Source of the DNA: Vicugna vicugna
Lineage: Eukaryota
NCBI GenBank assembly: GCA_013265495.1
Contig: MU061578.1
Coordinates: 3,791,308 to 3,855,307, forward strand
Direction of reading: 5' to 3'
Length of the DNA stretch: 64,000 nt
This document shows, piece after piece, positions 14,096-26,815 of the stretch (within the stretch, counting starts at the first letter, position 1; each line of letters begins with the position of its first letter). Below the pieces are notes generated by a model, which had not been told where the DNA came from, did no database searches, and saw only the letters and a list, made by a program, of their open reading frames with translations. Made by a program: the position numbers and the translations under genes.

Positions 14096-14839
14096 CTCTG
14101 ACCTCTCGTTATCTTATCTCTTTTGGCCACTCTGTGGGGCACGCAGAGTCGTTTCCACACCTGTTTCTTCCAATTCACTGATTCTCTCATCAGTTTCGTC
14201 CAGTCTGCCATCCACCCCGCCCTGCACTTTGTAGCCTCTGAGACCGGCATCCCCATGCTTCCAAGCACCACTCCCCTTCCCGATGAGATCTCATTTCTTC
14301 TTTAGGGTTTTGGCTCCTTCTTTTGTGTGTTTCATGCTCTTTGACACTCTTTCCCATTCCTTGTCGCCGATACGTTAGCTTACTGGGACTCTCGGTGCTG
14401 GTTTCCTCATGAGCTGAGCCCCAGCAAGACCTGGATAGAAGATTATCCCTTAGGACAAGTTTGACAGCATATCATCCAGGGGCCTGAGGTGTAACTGGCC
14501 CAGCTTTTATATCATGTCTTGGCTGGATTTCTAGACTCGCTGGGAGTACAATTCTTACCAGACTGCCTGGGGCTGGGCTGTGCTTTCAAGTTTCAGGAAC
14601 ACACCTCTCTCTCCCACCCAGTGGCCAGGCAGACACAGACGACACCGCTGCCTGGACTTTTCCAGACTCCTGGGACCTCAATTCCAATCCTGCCTTGCCT
14701 GGACCTAAGGTCTTGTCTCCGCATATCAGTTGACGCCCAATCCCCCTGGTAGGAGACGGGGACTCGTGCTGCCCCAGGGCCCTAATCCAGACAATAGATG
14801 AGGATTCCAGGCTCATGGCCTGGTTCTTTGTGTCCTCCA

Positions 14840-15155
14840 CTGTGGTCTGACTGTCTGTGTCCCCCCAGATCCACGTGTGGAAACCTGACCCCCAAACCTG
14901 ATCTGTGGCTCCAAAACCTGTTGATGTCAGGAGGTGGGGCCTTCTGCAAGTGATTAGGTCACGAGGGTGGAATCTCATGATGTGATTAGTGTCCTCACAA
15001 ACAAGATGCCACAGAGCCCCCTCGTCCCCTCCACCCCATGAGGACACAGAGAGAGGTCAGCCGGCGGAATACTGACGACGCCGACACCCTGGTCTTGGTC
15101 CAGCTTTCAGAACTGTGAGAAATAAAATTCTCTTGCTCTTGAGCCGCCCAAGCAG
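14840..15155 (+). mobile_element. MLT1A-like solo LTR
   Basis: tgtggtctgactgtctgtgtccccc...gtgattaggtcacgagggtggaatctcatg...cagaactgtgagaaataaaattc. Confidence 0.85.
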
Positions 15156-15485
15156 ACCACGACACCCCCTTCATTTATTATTTCCTTTCTTGTCTGGCCC
15201 AGCTAAGCCCTTAAAATAGTATCTGATGTCCTCTATTCAGCATCTCTAGGTGTTGTTAGTGAGATTTTCAGGTTAGTTAACCTTTTTCCGTCACCGCTGC
15301 TGACATCCTGTACGTCCCTGCAGAGCTCTGAGCCCCTTGGCCAGACCCTGGCTCCCACTGAAGACTCACAGAGGTTGTGGTATCAGCAGCTTCAAACAGG
15401 CATCATGCTGGCCAGTGTGGGCTCTGGGGATGCAGAGCAGGCTTTGTCCTTGTCCCAGCGGGGCTGTTAGACACACACTGTCCAC

Positions 15486-15542
15486 GCTGAGGAGAGAGAT
15501 AAAAAGAGAGAGAAGCTGAGGAGAGAAATAAAAGAGAGAGAA
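15486..15542. repeat. GA-rich ~29-bp tandem duplication
   Basis: gctgaggagagagataaaaagagagagaa followed by gctgaggagagaaataaaagagagagaa. Confidence 0.85.
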
Positions 15543-15842
15543 GACGCCCAACCTGACAATGCCGGGAGGCCACTGGCCAGGTGGCCGCAGAGGCTGCTCA
15601 GTAAAGCTGCAAGGAATAAAAGAGGCCCACACATCCCAGGGACATCCCAGGCCTTCCCCGGGGCCCCAGTGAGCTTGTACATGAGACAGAATGGAGCCAG
15701 GTCTCTAAGAATGACTGGGCAAAGAAGGGCTGAATGAGGAGGGGAATGGATGGCTGATGCTGGGGGTTCTTTCTGGGGCAGATGATGGGCAGTCATACAG
15801 CAGGGGCCTTGGAGAAAGTCCGGTGGCTGCCCCCTGGCCTGG

Positions 15843-16225
15843 TTGTGTCGTGGGACCAATGTTGGTCCCCCAAAAACACGTGCACATCCTAAACCCCGTA
15901 ACCTGTGAATGGGACTTTATTTGTAAGAAGAGTCTTTGCAGTTGTAATTATGGATCTTGAGATGAGGTCACCCTGGAAAATCCAGGTAGTCCTTAAATCC
16001 AATGACACTTCCTTTTAAGATAAGACCCAGACACACAGGGGGAGTCAGCCATGTGATGAAGAGGCAGAGACCGGGGCGGGGGGAGGGATGCAGCCACGAG
16101 CCAAAGGACACCAAGGATGCCGGCATGGCCAACAACTACCAGAGTCTGGAAGGGGCCTCTCCTAGAGCCTGCTGCTTTAAGCCCCCTGGTTTGTGATGTT
16201 TTTTGCTGTGGCCCCCAGACACTCA
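15843..16225 (+). mobile_element. MLT1D-like solo LTR
   Basis: cccccaaaaacacgtgcacatcctaaacccc...acctgtgaatggga...gtctttgcagttgtaatta...gagatgaggtcaccctgg...ctttaagccccctggtttgtg. Confidence 0.88.
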
Positions 16226-16344
16226 CCCTGGGCTCTCCTCGGACAGAGGCCCCCTCAGTGAGCATGAAGACCAATGTTGTTGGGGGCACCTACCTGGCAC
16301 TCCCCATGTAGAGACTGTGCAGGGTTGGGGGCCCTGCAATGGAG

Positions 16345-16450
16345 TGACCAGTACCCCCACTTTGCAGAGAGGAAAACTGAGGCTCCCAGAGGTCAGCATC
16401 TTGGCCCCGGTGATACAGGCCCCAGGGACAGATTCAGGTCTTGAACCTCA
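16345..16450 (-). mobile_element. MIR SINE fragment
   Basis: cccactttgcagagaggaaaactgaggctcccagaggtc MIR core. Confidence 0.7.
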
Positions 16451-17189
16451 GGTTGCAGGAGTGTCCCCCCCTGGAGTCAAGGTCAGTCTGCTGAGATGGA
16501 CACTGGGCTCTGCTGGATCAGGGCCAGCAGGAGGGTCTCCGGGGAGGTGAGGTCTGGGCAGGGGCCTCCTGCCTGCCCCTCAGGCAGCACATCCCTTGGT
16601 CCTTCCCCAGCTACTGTAGGAGGAGGAAACCCGCTGGCCAAGGAGGAGGCCTTGACACTGCGTGGACATCTACTTCCTCTCAGGGGTTGGGCGCCTCCAG
16701 GAGGGCTGCACCCCCTACCCCAGCCATGGAAGCACCACCAAGAGCACATTCTGGAGGCTGTAGGGTCCCCAGGCTCTTCTCTGCCTTTCTCAGGGCTGAG
16801 AAGTCACTTCCCCTGCCTGCGGGCAAAGGATCAGACTGGGAAGGAAAAGATGAGAGTGTGAGTGAGAGAGGATGTGTGTGGTCTGAAATCAAAACATCTC
16901 CAGGAACTGCGTGCTGGGCCGGAACCTCGGCCACATCAGGACACGCAGCCTGGTGCTCAGGCCCTCAGGGCCCCTGCCGGGCGGGTGGCGATGGGGGGTG
17001 GTTCAGGACACAGAGCCTCGCACAGCACGCACGCGATGGGGTCGTTGGCTGCCCCCTCTCTCCTCCAACACAGGCAATTCTCCCTCTGGCTCAGTCTTTT
17101 TGTTACTGAGGATGACGTGACCTACAGTGAAATGCACAAAGTGTATGTTTCATTGAAGGTTGGGGGCTATTATTTCTGATCACATACGT

Positions 17190-17540
17190 TTTTCAAGCAG
17201 CCTTGGTGAGGTGTGATTAACACGCAATAAATCACACACATCTGAAGTTTGACACACACAGAGATGCCTGTGAAACCTTCACCACAATGAAGACAATGGA
17301 AATACCGGTCTCCTCAGAAGCTGCGATCCCTCCTCCTCTCCGTGACCTGGCTCTGTTACTGCAGGTGAACCTGCGTTAATAGCACTGTGTGCAGAATGTG
17401 TATCCTTTCTGTCTGGCTTCTTTCACATGGCATAACTGCTCTGAGCTCCATCTGAGTTCCCTCATTCCTCTGCACTGCCCACTTGAACTCCGTGGTTCCC
17501 CTGGTGAGGGCATCTGGGTAGTTTCCAGTGTGGGGCCTTG
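17190..17540 (-). mobile_element. L1M 3' end fragment
   Basis: gaaaccttcaccacaatgaagacaatggaa...tttctgtctggcttctttcac...catctgggtagtttccag. Confidence 0.75.
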
Positions 17541-17544
17541 AATT

Positions 17545-17862
17545 TGGAGTCTGAATGTTTGTGTCCCCCCAAAATTCAAGCTAACATCTGATCCCCCAGG
17601 TGATAGTGTTAAAAGGTGAGGCCTTTGGGAGGTGATCAGTTCAGGATGGCGGATTAGTGTCCTTATAAAAGAAACCGCAGAGAGCTCCCTTGCCCCCTTC
17701 CACCACACAAGGCCACAGGGAGCCGCCCCCGGCAGACACTGAATCTGCCGGCACTGGAAGTCTTGGACTTCCAGCCTCCAGACAGTGGGAAATAAACGTC
17801 TGCTGTTTGTAAACCACCCACTCCGTAGTGTTTCGTTCCGGTAACTCAAGCCAACCGGGACA
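17545..17862 (+). mobile_element. MLT1A-like solo LTR nested in an older L1
   Basis: gtctgaatgtttgtgtccccccaaaattc...ggacttccagcctccagacagtgggaaataaacgtctgctgtttgtaaaccaccca; L1 3'UTR sequence on both sides. Confidence 0.87.
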
Positions 17863-17864
17863 GG

Positions 17865-19505
17865 AGAATTACAAGGAAACCTGCTGTGAACCTTCATACA
17901 GGTCTTTGTAAGACATACACTTCTGTTTCTCCTGAGTGAATACCCAGCAGTAGGAAGACAGGGTCACATGATGTGTGTATGTTTAGCTTTTGGAGAAACG
18001 GCCAAATTCTCCCCCGAAGTGTTCACACCACTTTCCAATCTGACTAGCATTGCAAGAGCGCCTTTCTTTCCCCCGCAGCCAACACCTGGTACCATGCCCC
18101 CCCCCCCGCAGCCATCCTAGCTGGTGAGGTGTGGTTTGTGGGTTGGACCTGCATCTCCCCAGTGACCTGTGATGTTAGGTGCCCTTCACGTGCCTCTCTA
18201 CCATCTATATATCTTCCTCAGTGATGTATCTATTCCAGCCTTTTGACCATTTCTAAATTGGGGTGTCATTTTGACTTCAGTGTTGGTGTTTCTTTATCTG
18301 TCCTGGATACAAGCCTTTGCTGTGGACCGTGAATGCCTTCTCCTAGTTTGCATCTTCCTTTGGAGTTTCCTGGTGGCGTCTTTTGATGGGCAGGTTTTAA
18401 TTGATGACGCTCAATGTATCAGTTTTTTTTCTTTTATGGTTATGTTTCTGTGAGGTTTTTTTTAAAGAAGGATTTGTCTACGTCGAAGTTGCAAAGATAT
18501 TCTCCCAGAACTTCCTATGGATGTTTCCTAGTTTTAGTTTTTATGTGAGGTCTACGTTTTGTTTCAAATTGTTTTGTGTGTGGTGTGAGGGAGGGTTGGG
18601 GATCATTTCCACACTGAGTTGGCCAGTTTTCCAGCACCATTTGTTGGAGAGACTTCCTTTCTTCCAGAGTCACCGCAACACTGTTAGGGCCACGTCTGCC
18701 CTCAGTTCTGCTCATCGACGGTTGTGACATCCACACCGCACGGATTACCTCCCAGCAAATTGTGATATTACTTAGTGACAGTTCTCCAACTCTGATCTTC
18801 TTTTTCAAGATAATTTTAGCTATCCTGTGCTCTTTGCATTTTCACGTGTATCTTGGATTCAGCTGGTTAAAATTGCTACAGGAAGGCCTGGGGGTTTTGT
18901 TTGGGGTCGCCCTGAATCTCACAGGGCAATGTGGGGAGGGGTGACAGCTTGATGATGTGGAGTCTCCTGGCCCCTGATCGGTAGATGGAAGTCTGTGTCT
19001 TTGCCTGCTGAGATCTTGACCTTCTTGTAGAAAGTTTTCCTATTCAGTTCATTCTGGACGGAGGTTTTGCATGTCTTCTGTTAAATTGATTTTTACATAT
19101 TTTATGTTTCTATGATATTTTAAATGGAGGTTCTTCTCCTGTTACTTTACAGTTGTTTGGGGCCAGTACCCACTTTTCTTTGTGGTCCTGTCCTCCTGCT
19201 AAGCTCCACGTTAGTTCTAACTGTTTTGGGGTGGAGTCCACGATTTCCTACCTAGTCCCGATGTCTGTGTGCAAACAGTTTTACTCTTTCCTTCCCAAAA
19301 CTTTCAGCCTCTTATTTCTTATTCTTATCTAATTATACTGGCTGGGCCTCCAGGACTGTGTTGAATAGCAGTGGTCAGAGTGGGTCGCCTGGTCTCGTCC
19401 CTGATCTTAGAGGAAAACCTTCTAGCCTTTCACCCTCAGCATGATGTCCACTGTGGGGTTTTCACTGCTGCCTCAATCAGGTGGAGGAAGTTCCTGCTAT
19501 TCTGG
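17865..19505 (-). mobile_element. L1M 3'UTR/ORF2 fragment continuing after the MLT1A insertion
   Basis: ttccagcaccatttgttggagagacttcc, gtcgcctggtctcgtccctgatcttagaggaaaacctt; ORF 18515-18808 (-) KKKIRVGELSLSNITICWEVIRAVW resembles decayed ORF2 [25 protein letters not shown]. Confidence 0.85.
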
Positions 19506-21949
19506 CCCCAGTGGGAGGATGCCTAGCAGGTGACGAGCAAGCCCTGGCCACTGACCTGAGGCCCGTGGATGCCGGGAGGTGGGGGCGGGGCCTGCCACTG
19601 GTGCAGGCTACACTGCGTCAGTGTTGGTCTGCAGGGCAGCTGCACATCGCAATCGGAGCCTGACAGTGATGGGCTCCATCCTTATCTTGGTAATAAAGCC
19701 ACAGAGGAGGCCATAAATCCAGGGAAATTAAAGCATCGGCATCTGCTGGACAGAATCCCTGTCTCCAGCAGCTGCTCTCTGGCCAGGCAAGGGGGCCAGA
19801 GCTGGAGTTGGGCAGGGGGCTTGGAGAGGCTGTGCCGTCATTTTCCCTGGGTCCCCACAGCAACCCTCCTGGACTGGCCTGGGGAAATTCCATGTCCAGG
19901 GCCCTGTCCCAAGGCCCAGTCTGTGGAGGAGAGGCCTTGTACAGGGCCTTGGGGACCAGAAAGGGACCCAAGGGGCTGAGCTGTCAGCACAGGTCCAAAG
20001 CTTAGTCCTGGACTTGGCACCTCCTACACCCAGCAGGAGCCCAGGGGTGCAGGTGCCCTCTCCCCAGGGCCCAGTTGGTGGGCTGCTCTCAGCTCAGGGG
20101 AAACCCTACTTCACATTGAGAGGCCCCCGGACCCCACTTTCCTGTGAGCACTTCGGTTATAATGCCAGCTGGACCCCTGCACAGCCTGGCCCATTCCTGC
20201 TGCCCTCAAGCCCTCATCCCCTAACAGTATCCCACCTGAAGACCGGGTCCCACCTGGCTCTGCAGACCCAAACTGCGCCTCTGAAGCAGGCCCTGCCTCC
20301 AAGCTAAGGTGGGTCTCCTCCTGGGGCTGGGGCAGCCGAGATCCCTGGACATCGGCTTACAAGCTCTGCTCGGCCCCTACTGTCTCTTTCACCCTAGCAG
20401 CACCTCAGTGCCCTTTCTCATCCAACTGTCTGCTCTCCACTGCTGGCAGTGGAGAAGGGACAGAGATTAATTCACACTAAAATGTCAATGGTTGCTAGAG
20501 TTCAATACACAGCCCCTCCCAGAAGGCTGTGGTCTTTGAAAAGAAGAGCCCAAGGAGGGCAACACTGAATCAGAAGGAACGTGCTAACAGAGGAACTTCA
20601 GGAGGAAAAGCTTTCTACTGCTCTGCACACTCACTGAGTCCCACACTCCAGGTGAGGATGAAACACCCATCAGCCCTGCAGCCTGGCAGCCTGTGGTGGT
20701 GGGAGCAGGATTAACTTAGCAGGGCCCACCCCACATGCCCTGAAGGCTGTCTGGTGGCAGGCAGAGATGTGGACGAGATAAATGAGGGGTGCATGTATCC
20801 CAGGCCAGGGCGGCCGGCTGGGCAAGGGACCTGCCAGTTGATGACAGATGTCCGCCTTATCACAGCCAGGAGCACATTTGTTATAACTGCAAAAGACGCT
20901 GTTTTCTTTTACCTTCACCTGCTCTGACAACAGTCAGAAGATGATTTACTTAGAAAAGCAAGAAGGAGAAAAGCCTCCGTTCTCTCCTTGCTATCTAAAG
21001 CCTAAGGGTGATTGACGGGCCAGCTAGAGCCATCGCTCTGACCACGTTGCTCCCCTTCAAGGGCCGGCGATGAGGCAACAGGGAGCCCCTGAGACCACCA
21101 AGCACCTACTGTGTGCTGGGGAGGAGGGCAGGGGTCTGACACACCACCCTGAAGCCCCGGGCGTGGAGGGGACAGCTTGTTGCATCTAATGGCATTGAGG
21201 TCGGCACTCAGAGGCGCCCAGTGCCAGGGCAGTCATACCTGGAGAACAGCAGGTACTCAAGAAACAGGCAGATGAAACAACCCAGGAAGGTGTGGCTGAG
21301 CAAAGGCTACATCCAGCTCTTCAGGGAAGGGCCAGGAGCCACCTGGGCACCTACCTTTGCTGACAGGAGCAGGTGGATAAACCCTGCCTTCCCTCACTCT
21401 TCAGCGGGATGACTCCAGCGTATGATCTACAAATCCCCGTGGGGGTCCCCAGAAGGACTGAGGCCCAGCTGCCCACGGAAAGTACAGCTGCCCAGGAGCA
21501 AACCCAGTTCCCAGAGTGGAAGCCAACCTAAGGCAGAACGTATCATTTTATATGATTTACTCCCAGGTCCTTTAAACTCTGAGGCTGCCTCATCCACTCA
21601 ACACGGCCTTTCTGCTCCAGAGCTCCCACCCCCTCCCCAAGCCATTCAGTCTCCTCACCCACCCCAGCCGGAGACCTGGAGCGATCCTCACCCCCACCTC
21701 CAACTCAGTCCCTCACTGAAGGTCCTGGATACATAGAGAAAGAACATGTGCTTGCTTGAACCTCAGTCTTGAGCTGACCTCACACCTTGACAGCCCTCTC
21801 CTCACCCTGTGCCCTCTATGAGGCTTGTTCTCCAGGACTTCTTCTTTATCCTCAGCCTCTGAGCCACCATTTCAAGGCCTGACATGCTAATTTATACTAA
21901 AGTGTTGATGACTGACCATCAATGTGGGCTTCGCTGGGGGTGGGGACAA

Positions 21950-22330
21950 CTCCCTGGAGTGTCCACTTCCACTGGGAATAAGACATTGCAGCTGGCAACA
22001 GACCCTGGTGGGTGAGAGACTTAGAATGGCCAGGTAGACTGGGCAGGTTTGGGGTAGGGATCTTTCCTGGTTATCCTCTGTGGCTGGCACAGCTACTGGC
22101 AGGTTCTTCGGGACAGCTCTGTCACATCTGGAGGGGGTGGAGGGGGCAACCCCAAGGACTGGTAGTTTCAGAATGCCCCTCCCCACTCGTGGACAGACCC
22201 CTCCTCCCTGGGTGCCAATCTTTCTGATTGGTTGGGAGGCAGGTGCCCAGGAGACCACTGGAGGCTGATAGCTCTCCAGGGCTTTATCTGTGGTGCATGC
22301 TGTGCCCAAGCCCCTGCAGTGGCTCCACGG
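21950..22330 (-). mobile_element. Possible LTR16-like (ERVL) decayed LTR
   Basis: Short blocks gattggttgggaggcag and ggaggctgatagct resemble the reverse LTR16 consensus; weak match. Confidence 0.4.
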
Positions 22331-23106
22331 CAGTTGACGCTTCCCCAGTTTCCCTCAGAAGGCTGGCCCCACCTGGCACGTTCTGAGCCTTGACAAGCTG
22401 GGGCTGTCCCCACACCCCTCATGCTATGCTCTGAGCATAGTGGTGATAATCATGGTTTTCAGGGGCCACGTTGGGTCCTGGTGTGGGGTCCGCTAGTGTT
22501 GCTGTGGCCTCAGAGAATGCAGGGTTGGTCCAGAAGCCGAGAACACTGAGCATTGGTCCCACCCTCCCTGGCTTCCTGCTGCGCCTGGAGCCTGGCTTGG
22601 GAAATGCCTCTCGGAGAACTGGGTGTGAGGGTCACCCCTCCAGTGACGGGGAGACAGGTCGCACCTCAGTGAGGGCTGGAGGCCTGGGAGACTGAGAGCC
22701 TCTAAGGCCTCAGGAGAAAGGCTGTGTCCCTTCATCCTTCAACACTGAGAAAGCAGGGAAGAAGGACCAGTGCTGTAGTGGGTGGCCCCAACTCACCAGC
22801 TAGGACTCTGTGTTGCATGGGGCTCAGTCTCGGGGCCCAGTGTCTCAGTCAGGCCTGACCCTACTGCTGGCTGTGAGGGAGACCCCACATGTCCTGGTCT
22901 CTAGTCTGGGAGCCCTCCAGGGTTCTCCAGGAGAAATTTCATTCCTGTTGGGGTCCAGGCACATCCTAGGCTGTCTGCCTCATGTGTCAGTGCTGAGACC
23001 CTCGGATGGCCACCCCGAGCTCTGCCCCCACACAGAGTGTGTCTTCCCTCCGCCTGCCAGCGCTGCCCGCTCTTCCCCTGTCACCCCACAGCCTTCAGTG
23101 CTGTCC

Positions 23107-23169
23107 CCGCCTGGCCCACTTGCCTGGCCCACCCGCCTGGCCCACCCACCTGGTCCACCCACCTGCACA
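23107..23169. repeat. 13-bp minisatellite, ~5 copies (ccgcctggcccac)
   Basis: Units at 23107, 23120, 23133, 23146 and a partial at 23159. Confidence 0.9.
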
Positions 23170-24821
23170 AACGTGCTTCTGGGCATACAGACCAGGCCTC
23201 GCCTAGCCCGAGAGGCCCCATTTCTTTGGGGTTCAGCAAGACTAATTTGAGGATTGCAGGCCACCACCAGGGAGCCAGGTGGCGAGAAGAGCTAGCGCTA
23301 TTATGGACAGGCCAGACACAGAGAGGAGGATGCTGCCCACTGGGCCCAGGAAGCCGCTCTGGATCTCGCCCACTCTCCTGCCCTGAGGCCTGCGGCCTTC
23401 CCCGCACTCCCACGCGTCCTTCCCAAGTTTTCAGGACGTGGCCACCGGCCTGGCTGAGCCTCCATCTCCACCCACAGTCTGTAAGGCCCATTAACTAGTC
23501 CCACAATGGCAGGGTACCCGGACCAGCGGCAAAGCTCGCCGGCTATTAGCCAGGAATTGGTGCTGGACTGGCCAGGCCTGTATGGCCCACAGTCAGAAGC
23601 TGGAATGTTCCAAAGTCTCTACTTGGGGTTGGAATCCTTCTGGCTGCTGGCCTGCCCATGTTTGCTTCAAGGACGTGGATTTTCGGGAACACAATGTCAG
23701 GGAATTCAAGGCACCCCTGGGGCTCAGAGACAGTTCCCAGCTCTGGCGGGGTCAGGCTGCTCCTGGGGGCTGGGGAGGATGGCTGTGGGTGGTGCCTCCC
23801 CACTTCATTTCTGGGCAGGAATGGACCAAGTAGGCCTTTTCTGCATCTTCTGTTTTCTCAGTTCCATGAGCTCTGACCATCCCGTCTAAGGAGCTGTCCC
23901 AGTCTGGCTCTGGCCCAGATGGCCAAGCTGAGTGCCTCTGTGTGTCCTGTGTCATCTCCTTGAAGCCCTGGGGTCCTGATTGGTGGAGTCAGGCTGCTGC
24001 TTGTCAGAAGTTTGTGCTCTGCCACCTGGTATGGTCACAAGTCAGGAGCCCAGGGTGATCTGAAACTCTTTCCAGGGAAGGCAGGGATCCCCGGTTGAGA
24101 GAGGGACACCAAGAGAGCTGAGTGGTTGAGGCACGGATGGCCATGGCTCTGGGTGGAGTGGCAGTCCCACTATCATAGTTGCATCTCCCCTATTGGGTGT
24201 GGCTCCTCCTTCCTGAAAATGTGAACTGCCAGCAATGTCTGGCCAGCAGGCGCTGGAGAAGCCAGTATTAAGTGGAATCAGAGGGACATTAAACAAAGCA
24301 AGAATGATTTACAATAAATTATGTAAATGCTGTCAGAGACACAGCCTCTGGCAGGCCCTGGTGGTGGCCGGGGTGCTTGGGTGACACATCTGCCACTGCA
24401 GTCCCCTGACACTGCAGCTGGGGAGGCTTTTGGCAGCCATCACAGCTGGGAGGGGTGTCCCATTCCTCGGGAGGGGCTGCTCAAATACGTGGGGGTTGAC
24501 AGCTTAACCCATTTAAATGCAACATTATAAAAACATCCCCCAGGGTGAATGAGTAAGAGGAGGGGTCTCTCTCCCAGCAAGGTCCCTGCGTCACGCTGAC
24601 TGTTGACCACCGACCACCTTGGTCAAGGCCTCCTCTAGGGTCTCTCCAACAGAGAGAGAGAGCAGGGGCAGGTGTGAAGTCAGTGCCACTGCAGGGCACA
24701 GGGCAGCCCTGGCTCCCAAGGAGCCCTTCACATGGTGTCCCCTGTGTCACTCATGCAGACTAGGGCTGACTCGCCCATCCCTCAGATCACGCTCCCACCC
24801 TTCCTTGTCCTGTCCCCTGCA

Positions 24822-24854
24822 GTCACCTGTCCAAGGGTCACCTGTCCAAGGGTC
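24822..24854. repeat. Perfect 15-bp tandem duplication
   Basis: gtcacctgtccaagg x2 plus gtc. Confidence 0.9.
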
Positions 24855-25499
24855 TCCCCCCTGAGCTCGGCACTGGCAAATACAGGTGGGAGGGGTGACG
24901 GTCAGGGAAGATGCTGGCATGTAGACCACCCAGAGGGTGTGATTCATCTCAGCTAGGTCTCAGGAAGAGCTGGACCCTCCCGGTGAGGCACCGATGGTCA
25001 GGGCCAGGTGAGCAGGGAGGCGGGCTGAGGAGGAGCCTGGTGTCTGTGGGGCCAGCAGAATTGACCTTCCAGGGGCTTTGCTGTGATAAACGACCACTCT
25101 GAGGCCCAGCCTTGGAAGGGACCCTGTGAGTGAATCTGCCAGGCCCAGCCCTTCCTGCAGGCAGGGGGCAGGCAGAGCTAGGGGGCTGTGGAGGAAATGA
25201 GGTGGGGCCGACATCTGCCTCTGGCCTCCAGCTTTCCCACGGCCCCTTCAAAGTCCTCTGGAAGCATCCAGGCCAGCTAACCCCCAACTTCCTCCCCTCA
25301 AGGCAGCCCTCATCTTTCCCTCCTCAGAAGTGTGCTTGTTAGGGGGCACTCAGTGGGTCAGGCAGGAAGGGCTGCACCCCACACCCCAAACCCCAACCTT
25401 GTAGGAGGTCTTGGGAGGACTGCCTAGCTCCCCCCGCCCCAAGTCTCAGGTTTATTAAAAACTGCCACCATCATGGGTGTCAAGAGGAACAGCCAGTTC

Positions 25500-25650
25500 A
25501 ATATCACTTTTCACCTGACGCAGGTTTTATTTTCTAGAGGGGGCAATTTAAGGCTCAGAAGAGTTAAGACACTTGCCCAAGGCCACACAGCCAGTTTGTG
25601 GCAGAGCTGAGATTAGAGCCCAGGGCCTGTGGTTGCAGAGCCCAAAACAG
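25500..25650 (-). mobile_element. MIR SINE fragment
   Basis: aaggctcagaagagttaagacacttgcccaaggccacacagccagtttgtggcagagctgagattagagcccagg. Confidence 0.8.
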
Positions 25651-26640
25651 ACCCTGACCCTTTCTCCCCTCACTGCCTCCCAGGTGACAATGGGCCACCC
25701 CTACCCCACCGGCACTGCCTCCACCCCAGCCTCTTGGCAGCCTAATGCCTAAGCTGGCACAGCCCTCAGCCCCCATCACAGGTCTGGGTCAGTGCTGGGG
25801 AAATGTTCCCAGCCCCCTGGCAGGCCTGGACGCATGGCCCTTCTAGGGCCTGCCTTGGCTGGGGTCCCTCTCCATAGCCCAGTGGACTCAGGGAATAGAG
25901 GAGCTGTGCTCCCTTCCCTGCCTTCCCAGGGCTCAGATGACCAAGTGACAGCGAAGGTGAGAAAAGGCAAGTTCCACTTGAGGGCAGGCGGTGGGAACGT
26001 CTACACATGGCTAGGAAGGGGTGTTTTTAAGCCAGCTGTAATAAGGTGGGATGATTGCTCACTCAGTACTGTTAAAGCTTAGTCACTTGATATTGAAATG
26101 CTTAGAAACTGTTGCTGAGTTAAGACTCAGGACAATACCTGAGGTCCCCAGGGAAAGGGCAGTCCCCACTGTGAGCTGGCGACTGGGTGCCCACTCGCCA
26201 GGCACAGGACCCTGGCCCATGGTGGCAGGGTCACCCCTCCTCGCACAACTTAGGGGGCTGCGATTCCCCAAAGCCCTCAAGGCAATCCTAAGGCCCTACA
26301 GCCATCCAGTCAGCACATGTCCATTTAACAACTACTGCGTGCCAGGAGCCCCACCACTCCCCACCTCAAGGGCCTTGTGTCAGAGCCCCAAGGAGAATGG
26401 GGCATGCAGTTGGAGAATGAAGGTCTAGAAGCTTCCATGCTCCAGTTTGACATATCACGCTTTCTCCTGCTTTTGGAGTCTGGGAGCTCAAAGGCCACAC
26501 CTGGCAGCCCCCAGTTCAACATCACCTCTCTGGGCACCTGCTATTTCACCCCAGAGCCCTGCAGCAGGCACCTGGCTCAGGTGGGGCCCAGCCCCCTCCC
26601 TCACTCTCAGCCCTTCACAGACCCGTTATGCTGCCCCAAG

Positions 26641-26815
26641 TAGGGTCACCAGATAAAATATAAAGCACTCAGTTAAATGTGAATTTCAGATATAAACAGA
26701 CATTGTAAGTATAAGTATATCCCAAATGTTGCATGAGATATACTTAGACTAAACGTTATTCTTTGTCGGAAATTCAGAGTTAACTGGGAAAACTGTACTC
26801 TTATCTGCCAAGTTG
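26641..26815. mobile_element. MER3/MER33-like palindromic hAT MITE
   Basis: Ends agggtcaccagataaaata / cttatctgccaa; internal inverted arms cagttaaatgtgaatttcaga / gaaattcagagttaactg and agtataagtatatccca / gagatatacttagact. Confidence 0.85.

Noticed and set aside
17400-17408. Perfect U12 GT-type donor GTATCCTTT
   Set aside because: Lies in an antisense L1 3'UTR fragment 13.6 kb upstream of the gene with no associated exon; compatible with chance.
23107-23169. Short regularly spaced repeats as a CRISPR-like array
   Set aside because: Head-to-tail units with no spacers in mammalian DNA; an ordinary minisatellite.
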